From: Escherichia phage ECML-363
Direction: 5' to 3' (one strand)
DNA: 64,000 nucleotides
Sequence record: OL631483.1
The notes under the pieces were generated by a model. That model worked only from the letters and a program-made list of their open reading frames with translations. It was not told the DNA's origin and did no database searches. Positions 11,895 to 23,088 of the stretch are shown here, piece by piece. Position numbers and translations under genes: made by a program. The first letter of the stretch is position 1. Each line of letters starts with the position of its first letter.

Positions 11895-12575
11895 TTATTT
11901 TAATGTTACGAAAGAAGAATTGCGTGTTTCACGAATTAAAACTGATCCGTCGCGATTAATGTAATAAATTAAGCTAAACAAAGTTTGGTGTGCTGACGCG
12001 TGTTCAAAACTAGTTGGATGAGATTTCCAATCAGGAGTTTCAGCGATCCATTGATAAATCCACCAAGGAACCGTACAGAATCCTGGATTTTTCCCCAATA
12101 ATTGAAGATTCGGGCTAAAGTTTTCCGGAAGAGTAAATACAGACGGCTTTTCAGATTCAATAATCTCAGCTATAGCTTGTTCAAACTTTTCTTCAACAAA
12201 AGGAGTGTCTTCAATCAAAACATCAGTATTTTCAGGAATTTTATCCGTTTCTACCACTTCAATTTTAATATCAGATTTAACTGGAGAATCAATCAGAAGT
12301 GCTGCTTCTGGATTAACTTCTTCATCGTCATATTTTAATCCCTCTGCAGCATCAGCAGCATCAATTAAGTCTTTAATAGATAACCCATCAGTCTCTGGCA
12401 TAGGTTCACTAGCGAGCTTCTGGAGGGCTTCTTCAATATCAGCAACGATATTATCAAAAGATTTATTCTTTTTGACCTTTATACCAAACTGTTCAGCATA
12501 TTCAGCTAATTTAGCTTTAGCTTCTTTATTATCATCAAGAGCCTTCAGCTCTGCAATATAATCTTTATCTATCAT
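11895..12575 (-). CDS. inh: Inh, inhibitor of prohead protease
   Basis: 226 aa (T4 Inh length), position between hoc and uvsW. Confidence 0.7.
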   Translation of the reverse strand: MIDKDYIAELKALDDNKEAKAKLAEYAEQFGIKVKKNKSFDNIVADIEEALQKLASEPMPETDGLSIKDLIDAADAAEGLKYDDEEVNPEAALLIDSPVKSDIKIEVVETDKIPENTDVLIEDTPFVEEKFEQAIAEIIESEKPSVFTLPENFSPNLQLLGKNPGFCTVPWWIYQWIAETPDWKSHPTSFEHASAHQTLFSLIYYINRDGSVLIRETRNSSFVTLK

Positions 12576-12588
12576 AATATTTCCTCAG

Positions 12589-12596
12589 TATAAATA
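12589..12596 (+). promoter_or_regulatory. Late promoter TATAAATA for uvsW
   Basis: Exact TATAAATA ~30 nt upstream of the uvsW ATG. Confidence 0.65.
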
Positions 12597-12625
12597 TAGA
12601 TATATTTATTACATGGTATTTAGAC

Positions 12626-14137
12626 ATGACTGACATTAAAGTACATTTTTATGATTTTAGTCACGTGAGAATTGATTGTGAAGAAAGTACATTTCATGAA
12701 CTCCGTGATTTCTTTAGCTTTGAAGCTGATGGGTATCGTTTTAATCCGAAATACAAATATGGCCACTGGGATGGACGAATCCGTCTTTTAGATTATAATC
12801 GTCTTCTTCCATTCGGCTTAGTCGGGCAAATTAAAAAGTTCTGTGATAACTTTGGCTATAAAGCCTGGATTGACCCACAAATTAACGAAAAAGAAGAATT
12901 ATCAAGAAAAGATTTTGATGAATGGCTTTCTAAATTAGAAATCTATTCAGGAAATAAAAGAATTGAACCACACTGGTATCAAAAAGATGCAGTGTTCGAA
13001 GGATTAGTTAATCGTCGTAGAATTCTTAATCTTCCAACATCCGCAGGTAAATCTTTAATTCAAGCTTTGCTTGCACGTTATTATTTGGAAAATTATGAAG
13101 GTAAAATTCTTATCATTGTTCCAACAACTGCTCTAACAACTCAGATGGCTGATGACTTCGTTGACTATCGTTTATTCAGTCATGCAATGATAAAGAAAAT
13201 TGGTGGCGGAGCATCAAAAGATGATAAATATAAAAATGATGCACCAGTCATTGTTGGTACATGGCAAACTGTAGTAAAACAGCCAAAAGAATGGTTCTCA
13301 CAGTTTGGAATGATGATGAATGATGAATGCCATCTTGCTACAGGAAAAAGTATTTCATCTATCATATCAGGTTTAAATAACTGCATGTTCAAATTTGGTC
13401 TATCTGGTTCATTACGTGATGGCAAAGCCAATATCATGCAGTATGTTGGAATGTTTGGTGAAATATTTAAGCCAGTAACGACTTCTAAATTAATGGAAGA
13501 TGGACAAGTAACTGAGCTAAAAATTAATAGTATTTTTCTTCGCTATCCCGATGAATTCACTACCAAATTAAAGGGAAAAACTTACCAAGAAGAAATAAAA
13601 ATTATTACTGGGCTTAGTAAAAGAAATAAATGGATCGCTAAATTAGCTATTAAGCTTGCGCAAAAAGATGAAAACGCTTTTGTCATGTTTAAACATGTAT
13701 CACATGGTAAAGCTATTTTCGATTTAATTAAAAATGAATACGATAAAGTTTATTACGTATCAGGGGAAGTTGATACCGAAACCCGCAATATAATGAAAAC
13801 CTTAGCTGAAAATGGTAAAGGAATAATTATAGTAGCTAGTTATGGTGTATTTTCTACTGGTATTTCAGTTAAAAATCTGCACCACGTTGTTTTAGCGCAC
13901 GGTGTTAAATCAAAAATCATTGTATTACAAACAATCGGTCGTGTATTACGTAAGCATGGTTCGAAGACAATAGCAACAGTCTGGGACCTCATAGATGATT
14001 GTGGTGTTAAGCCAAAATCTGCTAATACGAAAAAGAAATATGTTCATTTGAACTATCTTTTAAAACACGGCATTGATCGTATTCAGCGCTACGCAGATGA
14101 AAAATTTAATTACGTAATGAAAACAGTTAATTTATAA
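12626..14137 (+). CDS. uvsW: UvsW DNA/RNA helicase (SF2)
   Basis: 503 aa; Walker A LPTSAGKS and DECH box; N-terminus MTDIKVHFYDFSH matches T4 UvsW. Confidence 0.93.
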   Translation: MTDIKVHFYDFSHVRIDCEESTFHELRDFFSFEADGYRFNPKYKYGHWDGRIRLLDYNRLLPFGLVGQIKKFCDNFGYKAWIDPQINEKEELSRKDFDEWLSKLEIYSGNKRIEPHWYQKDAVFEGLVNRRRILNLPTSAGKSLIQALLARYYLENYEGKILIIVPTTALTTQMADDFVDYRLFSHAMIKKIGGGASKDDKYKNDAPVIVGTWQTVVKQPKEWFSQFGMMMNDECHLATGKSISSIISGLNNCMFKFGLSGSLRDGKANIMQYVGMFGEIFKPVTTSKLMEDGQVTELKINSIFLRYPDEFTTKLKGKTYQEEIKIITGLSKRNKWIAKLAIKLAQKDENAFVMFKHVSHGKAIFDLIKNEYDKVYYVSGEVDTETRNIMKTLAENGKGIIIVASYGVFSTGISVKNLHHVVLAHGVKSKIIVLQTIGRVLRKHGSKTIATVWDLIDDCGVKPKSANTKKKYVHLNYLLKHGIDRIQRYADEKFNYVMKTVNL

Positions 14138-14152
14138 GGGCTTCGGCCCTTT
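14138..14152 (+). terminator. Hairpin after uvsW
   Basis: GGGC-TTCG-GCCC followed by TTT. Confidence 0.45.
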
Positions 14153-14162
14153 GGAGAAAAAG

Positions 14163-14393
14163 ATGTTACTAGAATTTAAACAATTTCTTTATGAAGCTTC
14201 TATTGATGAATTTATGGGTAAAATTGCCTCTTGCCAAACGATAGAAGGTTTAGAAGAACTTGAAGCTTATTATAAGAAAAGAGTTAAAGAAACTGAATTA
14301 AAAGATACTGATGACATCTCTGTGAGAGATGCTTTGGCAGGAAAAAGAGCTGAATTAGAAGATTCAGACGATGAAGTAGAAGAAAGCTTTTAA
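14163..14393 (+). CDS. uvsW.1: UvsW.1 small acidic protein
   Basis: 76 aa from ATG at 14163 with GGAG RBS; the track ORF begins at an upstream TTG. Confidence 0.6.
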   Translation: MLLEFKQFLYEASIDEFMGKIASCQTIEGLEELEAYYKKRVKETELKDTDDISVRDALAGKRAELEDSDDEVEESF

Positions 14394-14448
14394 ATTAAAA
14401 AAGGCCCAACCAAAAAGGAAGGGCCAAAACTATAGACTAAAGGTCACA

Positions 14449-14616
14449 CTATAGCAAAAGTTGTGTTTCATTTAATTGTTCTTCCGAACTTTCTGAAACT
14501 GGTAGTTCTTTAATGTAATTATAGCAAGGCCCAGGATGTACAGGACCTTTGTCTGTTTCAACAACCAATGCAGAATCGATTGGAGTTTTACAGACAACAC
14601 AAATCTTATCTGACAT
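14449..14616 (-). CDS. Small Cys-containing protein (T4 uvsY.-2 position), possible zinc ribbon
   Basis: 55 aa from ATG at 14616 preceded by AAGGAG; CVVCKT...HPGPC motif. Confidence 0.5.
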   Translation of the reverse strand: MSDKICVVCKTPIDSALVVETDKGPVHPGPCYNYIKELPVSESSEEQLNETQLLL

Positions 14617-14739
14617 GATTGTCTCCTTTTGAATATAGTAATATTTATAAACCCATTTTAATCCGCATTTCTTGTACACGGATTAAGCAAGCTTCCATCT
14701 CTGCTAATAGTCGAAATACTTCTTTATAATCTGTCATAT

Positions 14740-14967
14740 TTACCCCATATCTCTCATATGCATATCAATGCCCATATCTTTAGAATAAAAATATTCATCA
14801 AGATATCCGGCAAATTTTCCTTTAATATAAAGGACATCTTCACCACACGGGTGGTCGGCCAGGATACGAATATCCTGACGCTTAAGATTATGCTTTTTCA
14901 TTAAGAATTGAATCTCAGTTTCAAATTCTTCTTCATAATTAAAAGCATCATCAATGTTATATCTCAT
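14740..14967 (-). CDS. Hypothetical protein (T4 uvsY.-1 position)
   Basis: 75 aa ORF directly downstream of uvsY on the same strand. Confidence 0.55.
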   Translation of the reverse strand: MRYNIDDAFNYEEEFETEIQFLMKKHNLKRQDIRILADHPCGEDVLYIKGKFAGYLDEYFYSKDMGIDMHMRDMG

Positions 14968-15380
14968 TATTTTCCAGCCTCAAATGCCCGCATGTCTTGA
15001 ATATGCTTAATAGCAAATCCTCGTGATTTGATAGCATCAAGAGCTCCGCTACAGAAATCCAATAAAATTCCCCAATATTGTAATGAAGTATCAACCTTTA
15101 AAACATCCTTATCAGCTGATAGAACTGTTTTCATTTCTGATTTCTCGTAACGATCCATACTAAATTCATCACCATCTCCTCGTCCCGAGTAGTAGTCTAA
15201 TTTAGCTTTAAGAGCAACTTTTTTCTGTGCTTCAATTCTAAGCATTTCCTTTTTAATACTTGAATGCTTATTAAGCCATTTACTATATAACATCACATTA
15301 TTAGCTGCTTCATACTGTAATTTAGTCGAATCTATAAACACATCTTTCTTCAATTCTTCTTGAAGATCTTCTAATCTCAT
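14967..15380 (-). CDS. uvsY: UvsY recombination mediator protein
   Basis: 137 aa, the T4 UvsY length; sequence MRLEDLQEELKKDVFIDSTKLQYEAANN recalled as UvsY. Confidence 0.9.
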   Translation of the reverse strand: MRLEDLQEELKKDVFIDSTKLQYEAANNVMLYSKWLNKHSSIKKEMLRIEAQKKVALKAKLDYYSGRGDGDEFSMDRYEKSEMKTVLSADKDVLKVDTSLQYWGILLDFCSGALDAIKSRGFAIKHIQDMRAFEAGK

Positions 15381-15446
15381 ATTGTTCTCTATTCAATTGT
15401 TATTGGATGGGCTTAGATTCATTATACCACGTTTATACGTGAAGCA

Positions 15447-15845
15447 TTATACTCTATTACTGGAAGCCAGTTGTAGTTTTATCTGCTCAATATCATCAGG
15501 GTTATCGATGACTGAAAAGCGTATTTCTACTATCAAAGTATAATCATCATAAACCGGTATTACATTAACTGCTAATTTATCAATACGTGGCTCATAGTTT
15601 CTTACTGCGCTTTCGATATTACGCTCAACCGTGTCAGCAGTAAGAGGAGTCATATTCTCAAAAAGTTGGTCAGATAAATCGCATCCAAATTCAGGGTCAA
15701 ACGGTCTTGAACCTTTTCTTGTTGTAATAATTCCTAAAAGACTATTTTTAATTGACCTTAATCCAAGTGATCTTGAAACGTCTTTGTTCCAATCCATTTT
15801 CATCTCTGGGTCAATATCAGAATAAAGCTTATTAATATTTGCCAT
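15447..15845 (-). CDS. 25: Baseplate wedge protein gp25
   Basis: 132 aa (T4 gp25 length); start overlaps the gp26 stop; SD separated from the AUG by a hairpin, as described for T4 gene 25. Confidence 0.9.
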   Translation of the reverse strand: MANINKLYSDIDPEMKMDWNKDVSRSLGLRSIKNSLLGIITTRKGSRPFDPEFGCDLSDQLFENMTPLTADTVERNIESAVRNYEPRIDKLAVNVIPVYDDYTLIVEIRFSVIDNPDDIEQIKLQLASSNRV

Positions 15846-16471
15846 TACAATAGCTCAAAGAATTCTTTGAGTCCTCTTATTACATGAGCGTGGGTTTTTC
15901 CACACTCTGGACATTTAATTGGAACAGCCAAATAAACAGTAGGCTTTAAAAGCATATCTTTTATAGCTACAATATCTGACTCTGTGATGATAGAATATAA
16001 ATCTTCCAATTCTTTTTCATTTAAGTCTTCAACTGGAATGCTTTCACCGTTAGCATGAATCGTTTCTATACATGATACTATCATGTGGGCTATATTTTTA
16101 TCATCAAAAATTTTAGGGTAATGGAATTTAATTTTAATGTCACCCAGTGTATACCAGAGGTCTTCTGGTGCATCTATTTGTGTATGTAATAGATTTATAT
16201 GGGTTGGTATTTCAGTTCCACAGGTGCACTTCCAGGAGTTTTCGTGATTAACTTCTCCAAGAGAATGCGCCCATAAATGAATCAGTAATAGTTCTGATTC
16301 TTGGCGGTTTAAATCTTTTGCATTTGTGCAGTCTTTGATTAGCTTTTTAACAATTACTTCTACGGAACCATTATTTTTGGCAGTAATAAGTTCTAGATAT
16401 TCTTTAAGAGTAAATGCACGACAGTTGATTATTTTAGAACCAACTCTCACGTCAAATTTGTATTCATACAT
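15845..16471 (-). CDS. 26: Baseplate hub protein gp26
   Basis: 208 aa (T4 gp26 length), divergent from gene 51. Confidence 0.85.
   Translation of the reverse strand: MYEYKFDVRVGSKIINCRAFTLKEYLELITAKNNGSVEVIVKKLIKDCTNAKDLNRQESELLLIHLWAHSLGEVNHENSWKCTCGTEIPTHINLLHTQIDAPEDLWYTLGDIKIKFHYPKIFDDKNIAHMIVSCIETIHANGESIPVEDLNEKELEDLYSIITESDIVAIKDMLLKPTVYLAVPIKCPECGKTHAHVIRGLKEFFELL
15846..15877 (-). promoter_or_regulatory. Gene 25 translation-initiation region with a hairpin between SD and AUG
   Basis: mRNA sense AAGAGGA-CUCAAAGAAUUCUUUGAG-CUAUUGUA-AUG; the hairpin would bring the SD to a functional distance, as described for T4 gene 25. Confidence 0.6.
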
Positions 16472-16492
16472 ATTTAGCTCCTTTATTTATCA

Positions 16493-16504
16493 TATTTATA
16501 AATA
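16493..16504. promoter_or_regulatory. Palindromic divergent late promoter TATTTATAAATA between genes 26 and 51
   Basis: 12 bp perfect palindrome containing TATAAATA on both strands, in the 50 bp gap between divergent genes. Confidence 0.65.
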
Positions 16505-16521
16505 GAATAAAAGGAGCATCT

Positions 16522-17271
16522 ATGGCAAACATTATTCGTTGTAAATTACCTGATGGTGTTCATCGTTTTAAACCATTTACGGTAGAAGATTATCGAGATT
16601 TTTTGTTAGTTCGAAACGATATAGAACATCGGTCATCACAAGAACAAAAAGAAGTAATTGCTGATTTAATTGCTGATTATTTTGGAGACTATCCAAAGAC
16701 TTGGCAACCATTTATATTTTTGCAGGTATTTGTAGGTTCAATAGGTAAAACTAAAGTACCAGTCACATTCATATGTCCAAAATGTAAAAAAGAAAAGACA
16801 GTTCCATTTGAAATATATCAAAAAGAATTAAAGGAACCTATTTTTGATGTAGCTAATGTTAAAATTAAATTAAATTTTCCTTCTGAGTTTTATGAAAATA
16901 AAGCAAAGATGATTACTGAAAATATTCATTCTGTTCAAGTAGATGAAATGTGGTATGATTGGAAGGAAATTAGTGAATCAAGTCAAATAGAACTTGTTGA
17001 CGCCATCGAGATAGAAACATTAGAAAAAATTCTCGATGCAATGAATCCTATTAATTTAACATTGCACATGTCGTGTTGTGATAAGTACATTAAAAAATAC
17101 ACTGATATAGTAGATGTGTTTAAGCTATTAGTTAATCCAGATGAGATATTTACTTTTTATCAAATTAATCACACGCTTGTAAAAAGTAATTATAGCTTAA
17201 ATTCAATAATGAAAATGATTCCTGCCGAGCGCGGATTCGTATTAAAACTGATTGAGAAGGATAAACAATAA
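16522..17271 (+). CDS. 51: Baseplate hub assembly protein gp51
   Basis: 249 aa (T4 gp51 length), first gene of the 51-27-28-29-48-54 cluster. Confidence 0.85.
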   Translation: MANIIRCKLPDGVHRFKPFTVEDYRDFLLVRNDIEHRSSQEQKEVIADLIADYFGDYPKTWQPFIFLQVFVGSIGKTKVPVTFICPKCKKEKTVPFEIYQKELKEPIFDVANVKIKLNFPSEFYENKAKMITENIHSVQVDEMWYDWKEISESSQIELVDAIEIETLEKILDAMNPINLTLHMSCCDKYIKKYTDIVDVFKLLVNPDEIFTFYQINHTLVKSNYSLNSIMKMIPAERGFVLKLIEKDKQ

Positions 17272-18443
17272 TGAGTATGTTGCAACGCCCCGGATATCCA
17301 AATCTCAGCGTTAAATTATTTGAGAGTTATGACGCTTGGAGTAATAATAGATTTGTTGAATTAGCTGCTACTATTACCACATTAACTATGCGTGACTCTC
17401 TTTATGGTCGAAATGAAGGAATGCTACAATTTTATGATTCTAAAAACATTCATACAAAAATGGATGGAAATGAAATAATTCAGATTTCTGTAGCTAATGC
17501 AAACGATATTAATAATGTTAAAACACGAATTTATGGATGCAAGCATTTTTCCGTGTCAGTAGATTCAAAAGGCGATAACATCATTGCTATTGAATTGGGA
17601 ACTATTCATTCTATAGAAAATCTTAAATTTGGTAGACCATTTTTCCCTGATGCCGGTGAATCTATAAAGGAAATGCTTGGCGTAATTTATCAAGATCGTA
17701 CATTATTAACTCCAGCGATAAATGCTATTAATGCTTATGTTCCTGATATTCCATGGACTAGCACATTTGAAAACTATTTGTCATATGTAAGAGAAGTTGC
17801 TCTAGCGGTAGGAAGCGATAAGTTCGTATTTGTATGGCAAGACATCATGGGAGTTAACATGATGGACTATGATATGATGATAAATCAAGAACCATATCCA
17901 ATGATTGTAGGTGAGCCAACTTTAATAGGTCAATTCGTCCAAGAATTGAAATATCCATTAGCATATGATTTTGTTTGGTTGACTAAATCAAACCCGCATA
18001 AACGTGATCCAATGAAAAATGCTACTATCTATGCTCATTCATTTTTAGATTCTTCATTACCAATGATTACTACAGGAAAGGGTGAAAACTCTATTGTAGT
18101 GTCAAGGTCAGGTGCTTATTCTGAAATGACTTATAGAAATGGATATGAAGAAGCTATTCGTCTTCAGACTATGGCGCAGTATGATGGTTACGCTAAATGT
18201 TCTACTGTCGGTAATTTTAACTTGACTCCTGGCGTTAAAATTATTTTTAATGATAGTAAAAACCAATTTAAAACAGAATTTTACGTTGATGAAGTTATTC
18301 ACGAATTATCAAATAATAATTCCGTAACTCATCTTTATATGTTCACTAATGCAACGAAACTGGAAACAATTGACCCAGTTAAGGTTAAAAATGAATTTAA
18401 AACTGATACTACCACTGAAGAAAGTAGTTCTTCCGATAAGTAA
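17271..18443 (+). CDS. 27: Baseplate hub protein gp27
   Basis: 390 aa (T4 gp27 is 391 aa), synteny. Confidence 0.9.
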   Translation: MSMLQRPGYPNLSVKLFESYDAWSNNRFVELAATITTLTMRDSLYGRNEGMLQFYDSKNIHTKMDGNEIIQISVANANDINNVKTRIYGCKHFSVSVDSKGDNIIAIELGTIHSIENLKFGRPFFPDAGESIKEMLGVIYQDRTLLTPAINAINAYVPDIPWTSTFENYLSYVREVALAVGSDKFVFVWQDIMGVNMMDYDMMINQEPYPMIVGEPTLIGQFVQELKYPLAYDFVWLTKSNPHKRDPMKNATIYAHSFLDSSLPMITTGKGENSIVVSRSGAYSEMTYRNGYEEAIRLQTMAQYDGYAKCSTVGNFNLTPGVKIIFNDSKNQFKTEFYVDEVIHELSNNNSVTHLYMFTNATKLETIDPVKVKNEFKTDTTTEESSSSDK

Positions 18444-18924
18444 TAAAGAAGTTTCTATTCCTAAGATGGGTCTTAAACATTATAACATTTTAAAAGATGT
18501 TAAAGGTCCTGATGAAAATTTAAAGCTTCTTATTGATTCTATTTGTCCAAATTTATCACCGGCAGAAGTTGATTTCGTTTCTATTCATTTGCTAGAATTT
18601 AATGGAAAGATTAAATCTCGTAAAGAAATAGATGGTTATACTTATGATATTAATGACGTTTATGTATGTCAAAGATTGGAATTTCAATACCAAGGAAATA
18701 CATTTTATTTTAGACCTCCTGGAAAATTTGAACAATTTTTAACTGTAAGCGATATGTTATCCAAATGCTTGCTTAAGGTCAATGATGAAGTTAAAGAAAT
18801 TAATTTTCTTGAGATGCCAGCATTTGTTTTAAAATGGGCAAATGATATTTCTACAACTTTAGCAATTCCTGGCCCTAATGGTCCAATAACCGGAATTGGC
18901 AATATTATTGGATTATTTGAATGA
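18391..18924 (+). CDS. 28: Baseplate hub distal subunit gp28
   Basis: 177 aa from ATG at 18391 (T4 gp28 length), overlapping the 3' end of gene 27. Confidence 0.8.
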   Translation: MNLKLILPLKKVVLPISNKEVSIPKMGLKHYNILKDVKGPDENLKLLIDSICPNLSPAEVDFVSIHLLEFNGKIKSRKEIDGYTYDINDVYVCQRLEFQYQGNTFYFRPPGKFEQFLTVSDMLSKCLLKVNDEVKEINFLEMPAFVLKWANDISTTLAIPGPNGPITGIGNIIGLFE

Positions 18925-20693
18925 AAAAGCCACAAGAAATGCAAACGATGCGTAGAAAAGTTATTTCAGATAATAAACCAACACAGGACGCGGCTAAATC
19001 CGCTTCTAATACTTTATCTGGTCTTAATGACATTTCTACAAAATTAGATGATGCTCAAGCTGCTTCTGAATTAATAGCTCAGACTGTTGAAGAAAAATCA
19101 AATGAAATAGTTGGAGCAATTGATAACGTTGAAAGCGCAGTAAGTGATACTACTGCCGGTTCTGAGTTAATTGCTGAAACTGTTGAAATTGGAAACAATA
19201 TTAATAAAGAAATCGGTGAATCGCTCGGAAGCAAATTAGATAAATTAACAAGTTTACTGGAACAAAAAATTCAGACAGCTGGAATTCAGCAAACTGGAAC
19301 GAGTTTAGCAGTAGTCGAAAATGCTATTCCTGTTAAAGTCGTCGAGGATGATACAGCTGAATCTGTGGGTCCTTTATTACCGGCTCCTGAAGCAGTTAAT
19401 AATGATCCTGATGCTGATTTTTTCCCTACTCCTCAGCCAATTGAACCAAAACAAGAGTCTCCAGAAGAGAAGCAAAAAAGAGACGCATTTAACTTAAAAT
19501 TATCTCAAGCTTTAGATAAATTAACAAAGACAGTTGATTTCGGATTTAAGAAATCTATTTCAATTACTGATAAAATATCTAGCATGCTATTTAAGTATAC
19601 CGTCAGTGCTGCTATTGAAGCTGCAAAAATGGTTGCATTGATAATGGCTGTTGTTATTGGAATAGACCTGCTGATGGTTCATTTTAAATACTGGTCAGAT
19701 AAATTTTCAAAAGCCTGGGATTTATTTAGCACTGATTTTACTAAATTCTCTAGCGAAACCGGAACATGGGGTCCTTTATTACAGAGCATCTTTGATTCTA
19801 TTGATAAAATTAAACAACTTTGGGAAGCTGGAGATTGGGGCGGATTGACAGTAGCTATTGTTGAAGGGCTTGGAAGTGTTCTTTATAATTTAGGAGAGCT
19901 TATTCAATTAGGTATGGCTAAATTATCTGCAGCAATTCTTCGAGTCATTCCTGGCATGAAGGATACTGCTGATGAAGTAGAAGGAAGAGCATTAGAAAAT
20001 TTCCAAAATTCTACTGGAGCATCTCTTAATAAAGAAGACCAAGAAAAAGTAGCAAATTATCAAGATAAACGAATGAATGATGATCTTGGCCCAATAGCAA
20101 AAGGATTAGACAAAATTGCGAACTGGAAAACTCGTGCATCTAACTGGATTCGTGGTGTAGATAATAAAGAAGCATTGACTACTGACGAAGAACGTGCAGC
20201 AGAAGAAGAAAAATTAAAACAACTTTCACCGGAAGAAAGAAAAAATGCTTTAATGAAAGCTAATGAAGCTCGTGCTGCGATGATTCGTTTTGAAAAATAC
20301 GCTGATTCAGCTGATATGAGCAAAGACTCGACAGTTAAATCAATTGAAGCTGCTCATGAAGACCTTAAAAAACGAATGAATGATCCGGATTTAAATAATT
20401 CACCAGCAGTTAAAAAAGAACTTGCTTCTAGATTTGCTAAAATTGATGCCACTTATCAAGAGCTCAAGAAAAATCAACCTGAAGCAAAACCTGAAACTTC
20501 TGCTAAATCACCAGAAGCAAAACAGGTCCAGGTGATTGAAAAGAACAAAGCACAACAAGCTCCTGTTCAACAAGCATCTCCTTCAATCAATAATACTAAT
20601 AATGTTATTAAGAAAAATACTGTCGTTCATAATATGACACCTGTCACAAGCACAACTGCTCCTGGTGTATTTGGTGCGACGGGAGTTAATTAA
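18921..20693 (+). CDS. 29: Baseplate hub / tail length determinator gp29
   Basis: 590 aa (T4 gp29 length), synteny. Confidence 0.88.
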   Translation: MKKPQEMQTMRRKVISDNKPTQDAAKSASNTLSGLNDISTKLDDAQAASELIAQTVEEKSNEIVGAIDNVESAVSDTTAGSELIAETVEIGNNINKEIGESLGSKLDKLTSLLEQKIQTAGIQQTGTSLAVVENAIPVKVVEDDTAESVGPLLPAPEAVNNDPDADFFPTPQPIEPKQESPEEKQKRDAFNLKLSQALDKLTKTVDFGFKKSISITDKISSMLFKYTVSAAIEAAKMVALIMAVVIGIDLLMVHFKYWSDKFSKAWDLFSTDFTKFSSETGTWGPLLQSIFDSIDKIKQLWEAGDWGGLTVAIVEGLGSVLYNLGELIQLGMAKLSAAILRVIPGMKDTADEVEGRALENFQNSTGASLNKEDQEKVANYQDKRMNDDLGPIAKGLDKIANWKTRASNWIRGVDNKEALTTDEERAAEEEKLKQLSPEERKNALMKANEARAAMIRFEKYADSADMSKDSTVKSIEAAHEDLKKRMNDPDLNNSPAVKKELASRFAKIDATYQELKKNQPEAKPETSAKSPEAKQVQVIEKNKAQQAPVQQASPSINNTNNVIKKNTVVHNMTPVTSTTAPGVFGATGVN

Positions 20694-20701
20694 GGAATAA
20701 T

Positions 20702-21796
20702 ATGGCAATTGTTAAAGAAATAACTGCTGATTTAATTAAAAAGTCCGGTGAAACAATTTCAGCCGGACAGAGTACTAAATCAGAAGTAGGAACTAAAACA
20801 TACACAGCCCAGTTTCCAACTGGGCGTGCTAGTGGTAATGACACTACAGGGGACTTCCAGGTAACAGATCTATATAAGAATGGATTATTATTTACTGCAT
20901 ACAATATGTCATCTAGGGATTCTGGAAGTCTTAGAACGATGAGATCTAACTACTCTTCTTCATCTTCGAGTATTTTACGTACAGCCAGAAACACTATCAG
21001 TAATACAGTATCAAAACTATCAAATGGACTAATATCAGATAATAATTCAGGAACAATAAGTAAAGTTCCTGTTGCAAATATTCTTTTACCTAGATCTAAA
21101 TCTGACGTCGATACGTCATCACATAGATTTAATGATGTTCAAGATAGTCTTATTACAAAAGGCGGAGGTACTGCTACTGGTGTGCTAAGTAATATGGCTT
21201 CAACTGCAGTATTTGGTGCGCTTGAAAGTATAACACAAGGAATAATGGCTGATAATAATGAACAGATCTATACAACAGCTAGAAGTATGTATGGCGGTGC
21301 TGAAAATAGAACAAAAGTGTTCACCTGGGATTTGACTCCGCGCTCAACAGAAGATTTAATGGCTATTATTAATATCTATCAGTATTTTAACTATTTTTCT
21401 TACGGTGAAACTGGTAAATCTCAATATGCTGCTGAAATAAAAGGATATTTAGATGAGTGGTATCGTTCTACATTTATTGAACCATTAACGCCAGAAGACG
21501 CGATTAAAAACAAGACGTTATTTGAAAAAATGACATCGAGTTTAACGAACGTTCTTGTAGTTTCAAACCCGACAATTTGGATGGTGAAAAACTTTGGTGC
21601 AACTTCTAAATTTGATGGAAAGACTGAAGTATTCGGTCCATGCCAAATACAGAGTATTAGATTTGATAAAACACCAAATGGTAACTTTAATGGATTAGCT
21701 ATTGCTCCTAACCTTCCAAGTTCTTTTACACTCGAGATTACTATGAGAGAGATTATTACGTTAAACCGTGCTTCTTTATATACGGGGACTTTCTAA
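20702..21796 (+). CDS. 48: Baseplate tail tube cap gp48
   Basis: 364 aa (T4 gp48 length), synteny. Confidence 0.88.
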   Translation: MAIVKEITADLIKKSGETISAGQSTKSEVGTKTYTAQFPTGRASGNDTTGDFQVTDLYKNGLLFTAYNMSSRDSGSLRTMRSNYSSSSSSILRTARNTISNTVSKLSNGLISDNNSGTISKVPVANILLPRSKSDVDTSSHRFNDVQDSLITKGGGTATGVLSNMASTAVFGALESITQGIMADNNEQIYTTARSMYGGAENRTKVFTWDLTPRSTEDLMAIINIYQYFNYFSYGETGKSQYAAEIKGYLDEWYRSTFIEPLTPEDAIKNKTLFEKMTSSLTNVLVVSNPTIWMVKNFGATSKFDGKTEVFGPCQIQSIRFDKTPNGNFNGLAIAPNLPSSFTLEITMREIITLNRASLYTGTF

Positions 21797-22761
21797 TGTA
21801 TTCTTTAGAGGAATTTAATAATCAAGCAATAAACGCAGACTTCCAACGTAATAATATGTTCAGCTGTGTTTTTGCTACAACTCCATCAACTAAAAGTTCA
21901 TCGTTAATAAGCTCAATTAGTAACTTTGCTTATAATAACTTGGGTCTAAATTCAGATTGGTTGGGATTAACTCAAGGTGATATTAATCAGGGAATTACCA
22001 CGCTAATTACCGCTGGCACACAAAAACTGATAAGAAAATCAGGGGTTAGTAAATATCTTATTGGTGCCATGAGTCAACGTACAGTTCAAAGTTTATTAGG
22101 CTCATTTACAGTTGGTACATATTTAATTGACTTCTTTAACATGGCATATAACTCATCTGGATTGATGATATATTCTGTAAAAATGCCAGAGAATAGATTA
22201 TCCTATGAAACTGACTGGAACTATAATTCTCCTAATATTCGTATAACTGGAAGAGAATTAGACCCTTTGGTTATTTCATTTAGAATGGATTCAGAAGCTT
22301 GTAACTATCGTGCAATGCAAGACTGGGTTAACGCCGTTCAAGACCCAGTAACTGGATTGCGTGCTTTACCGCAAGATGTCGAGGCAGATATTCAGGTCAA
22401 TCTTCATTCTCGCAATGGATTACCACATACTGCGGTGATGTTCACTGGCTGTATTCCAATATCTGTGAGTGCTCCTGAGTTATCATATGATGGAGATAAC
22501 CAAATAACTACATTTGATGTTACTTTCGCTTATAGAGTCATGCAGGCTGGAGCAGTTGATAGACAAGCTGCCCTTGAATGGCTTGAATCTGCTACTATAA
22601 ATGGTATTCAAAGCGTTCTCGGAAATAGTGGAGGTGTTACTGGACTATCTAATTCGCTTTCACGACTTAGTAGATTAGGGGGAACTGCAGGAAGCATTTC
22701 AAATATTAATACTATGACAGGAATTGTCAACTCGCAAAGTAAAATATTAGGAGCAATATAA
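21796..22761 (+). CDS. 54: Baseplate tail tube initiator gp54
   Basis: 321 aa (T4 gp54 is 320 aa), synteny, followed by a terminator hairpin. Confidence 0.88.
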   Translation: MYSLEEFNNQAINADFQRNNMFSCVFATTPSTKSSSLISSISNFAYNNLGLNSDWLGLTQGDINQGITTLITAGTQKLIRKSGVSKYLIGAMSQRTVQSLLGSFTVGTYLIDFFNMAYNSSGLMIYSVKMPENRLSYETDWNYNSPNIRITGRELDPLVISFRMDSEACNYRAMQDWVNAVQDPVTGLRALPQDVEADIQVNLHSRNGLPHTAVMFTGCIPISVSAPELSYDGDNQITTFDVTFAYRVMQAGAVDRQAALEWLESATINGIQSVLGNSGGVTGLSNSLSRLSRLGGTAGSISNINTMTGIVNSQSKILGAI

Positions 22762-22765
22762 CAAT

Positions 22766-22795
22766 GGGGACCGAAAGGTCCCCATGTTTTTATTT
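22766..22795 (+). terminator. Terminator after gene 54
   Basis: GGGGACC-GAAA-GGTCCCC hairpin followed by a T-rich tract. Confidence 0.6.
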
Positions 22796-23080
22796 ACGGA
22801 ATGAAATAAAAGCAGCAACTGAAGAAACAGAGGTTTCTTCAATATAAACCTCAATTTTTACCGGAGCTTCTGACTCAAATTTACCTGTTACTACACCCTG
22901 AAAAATACTTTCAGTCTGTTCTGGCTTTGAAAAATTTTCAGAAGGAAAAATTCCAAACTTTTTATCGGTTCCGAAAATTTTAATAAATTCATCGTAAACT
23001 GCTTCATTAAAAGCATTATCAGCAGGAATAACGCCTTCAACTACAAGTTCTTGACCTAAAAAGCGCAAAGAAGATTTCAT
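22790..23080 (-). CDS. Hypothetical protein (T4 alt.-3 position)
   Basis: 96 aa ORF with its own early-type promoter and GAGGAA RBS. Confidence 0.6.
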   Translation of the reverse strand: MKSSLRFLGQELVVEGVIPADNAFNEAVYDEFIKIFGTDKKFGIFPSENFSKPEQTESIFQGVVTGKFESEAPVKIEVYIEETSVSSVAAFISFRK

Positions 23081-23088
23081 TTTGTGTT

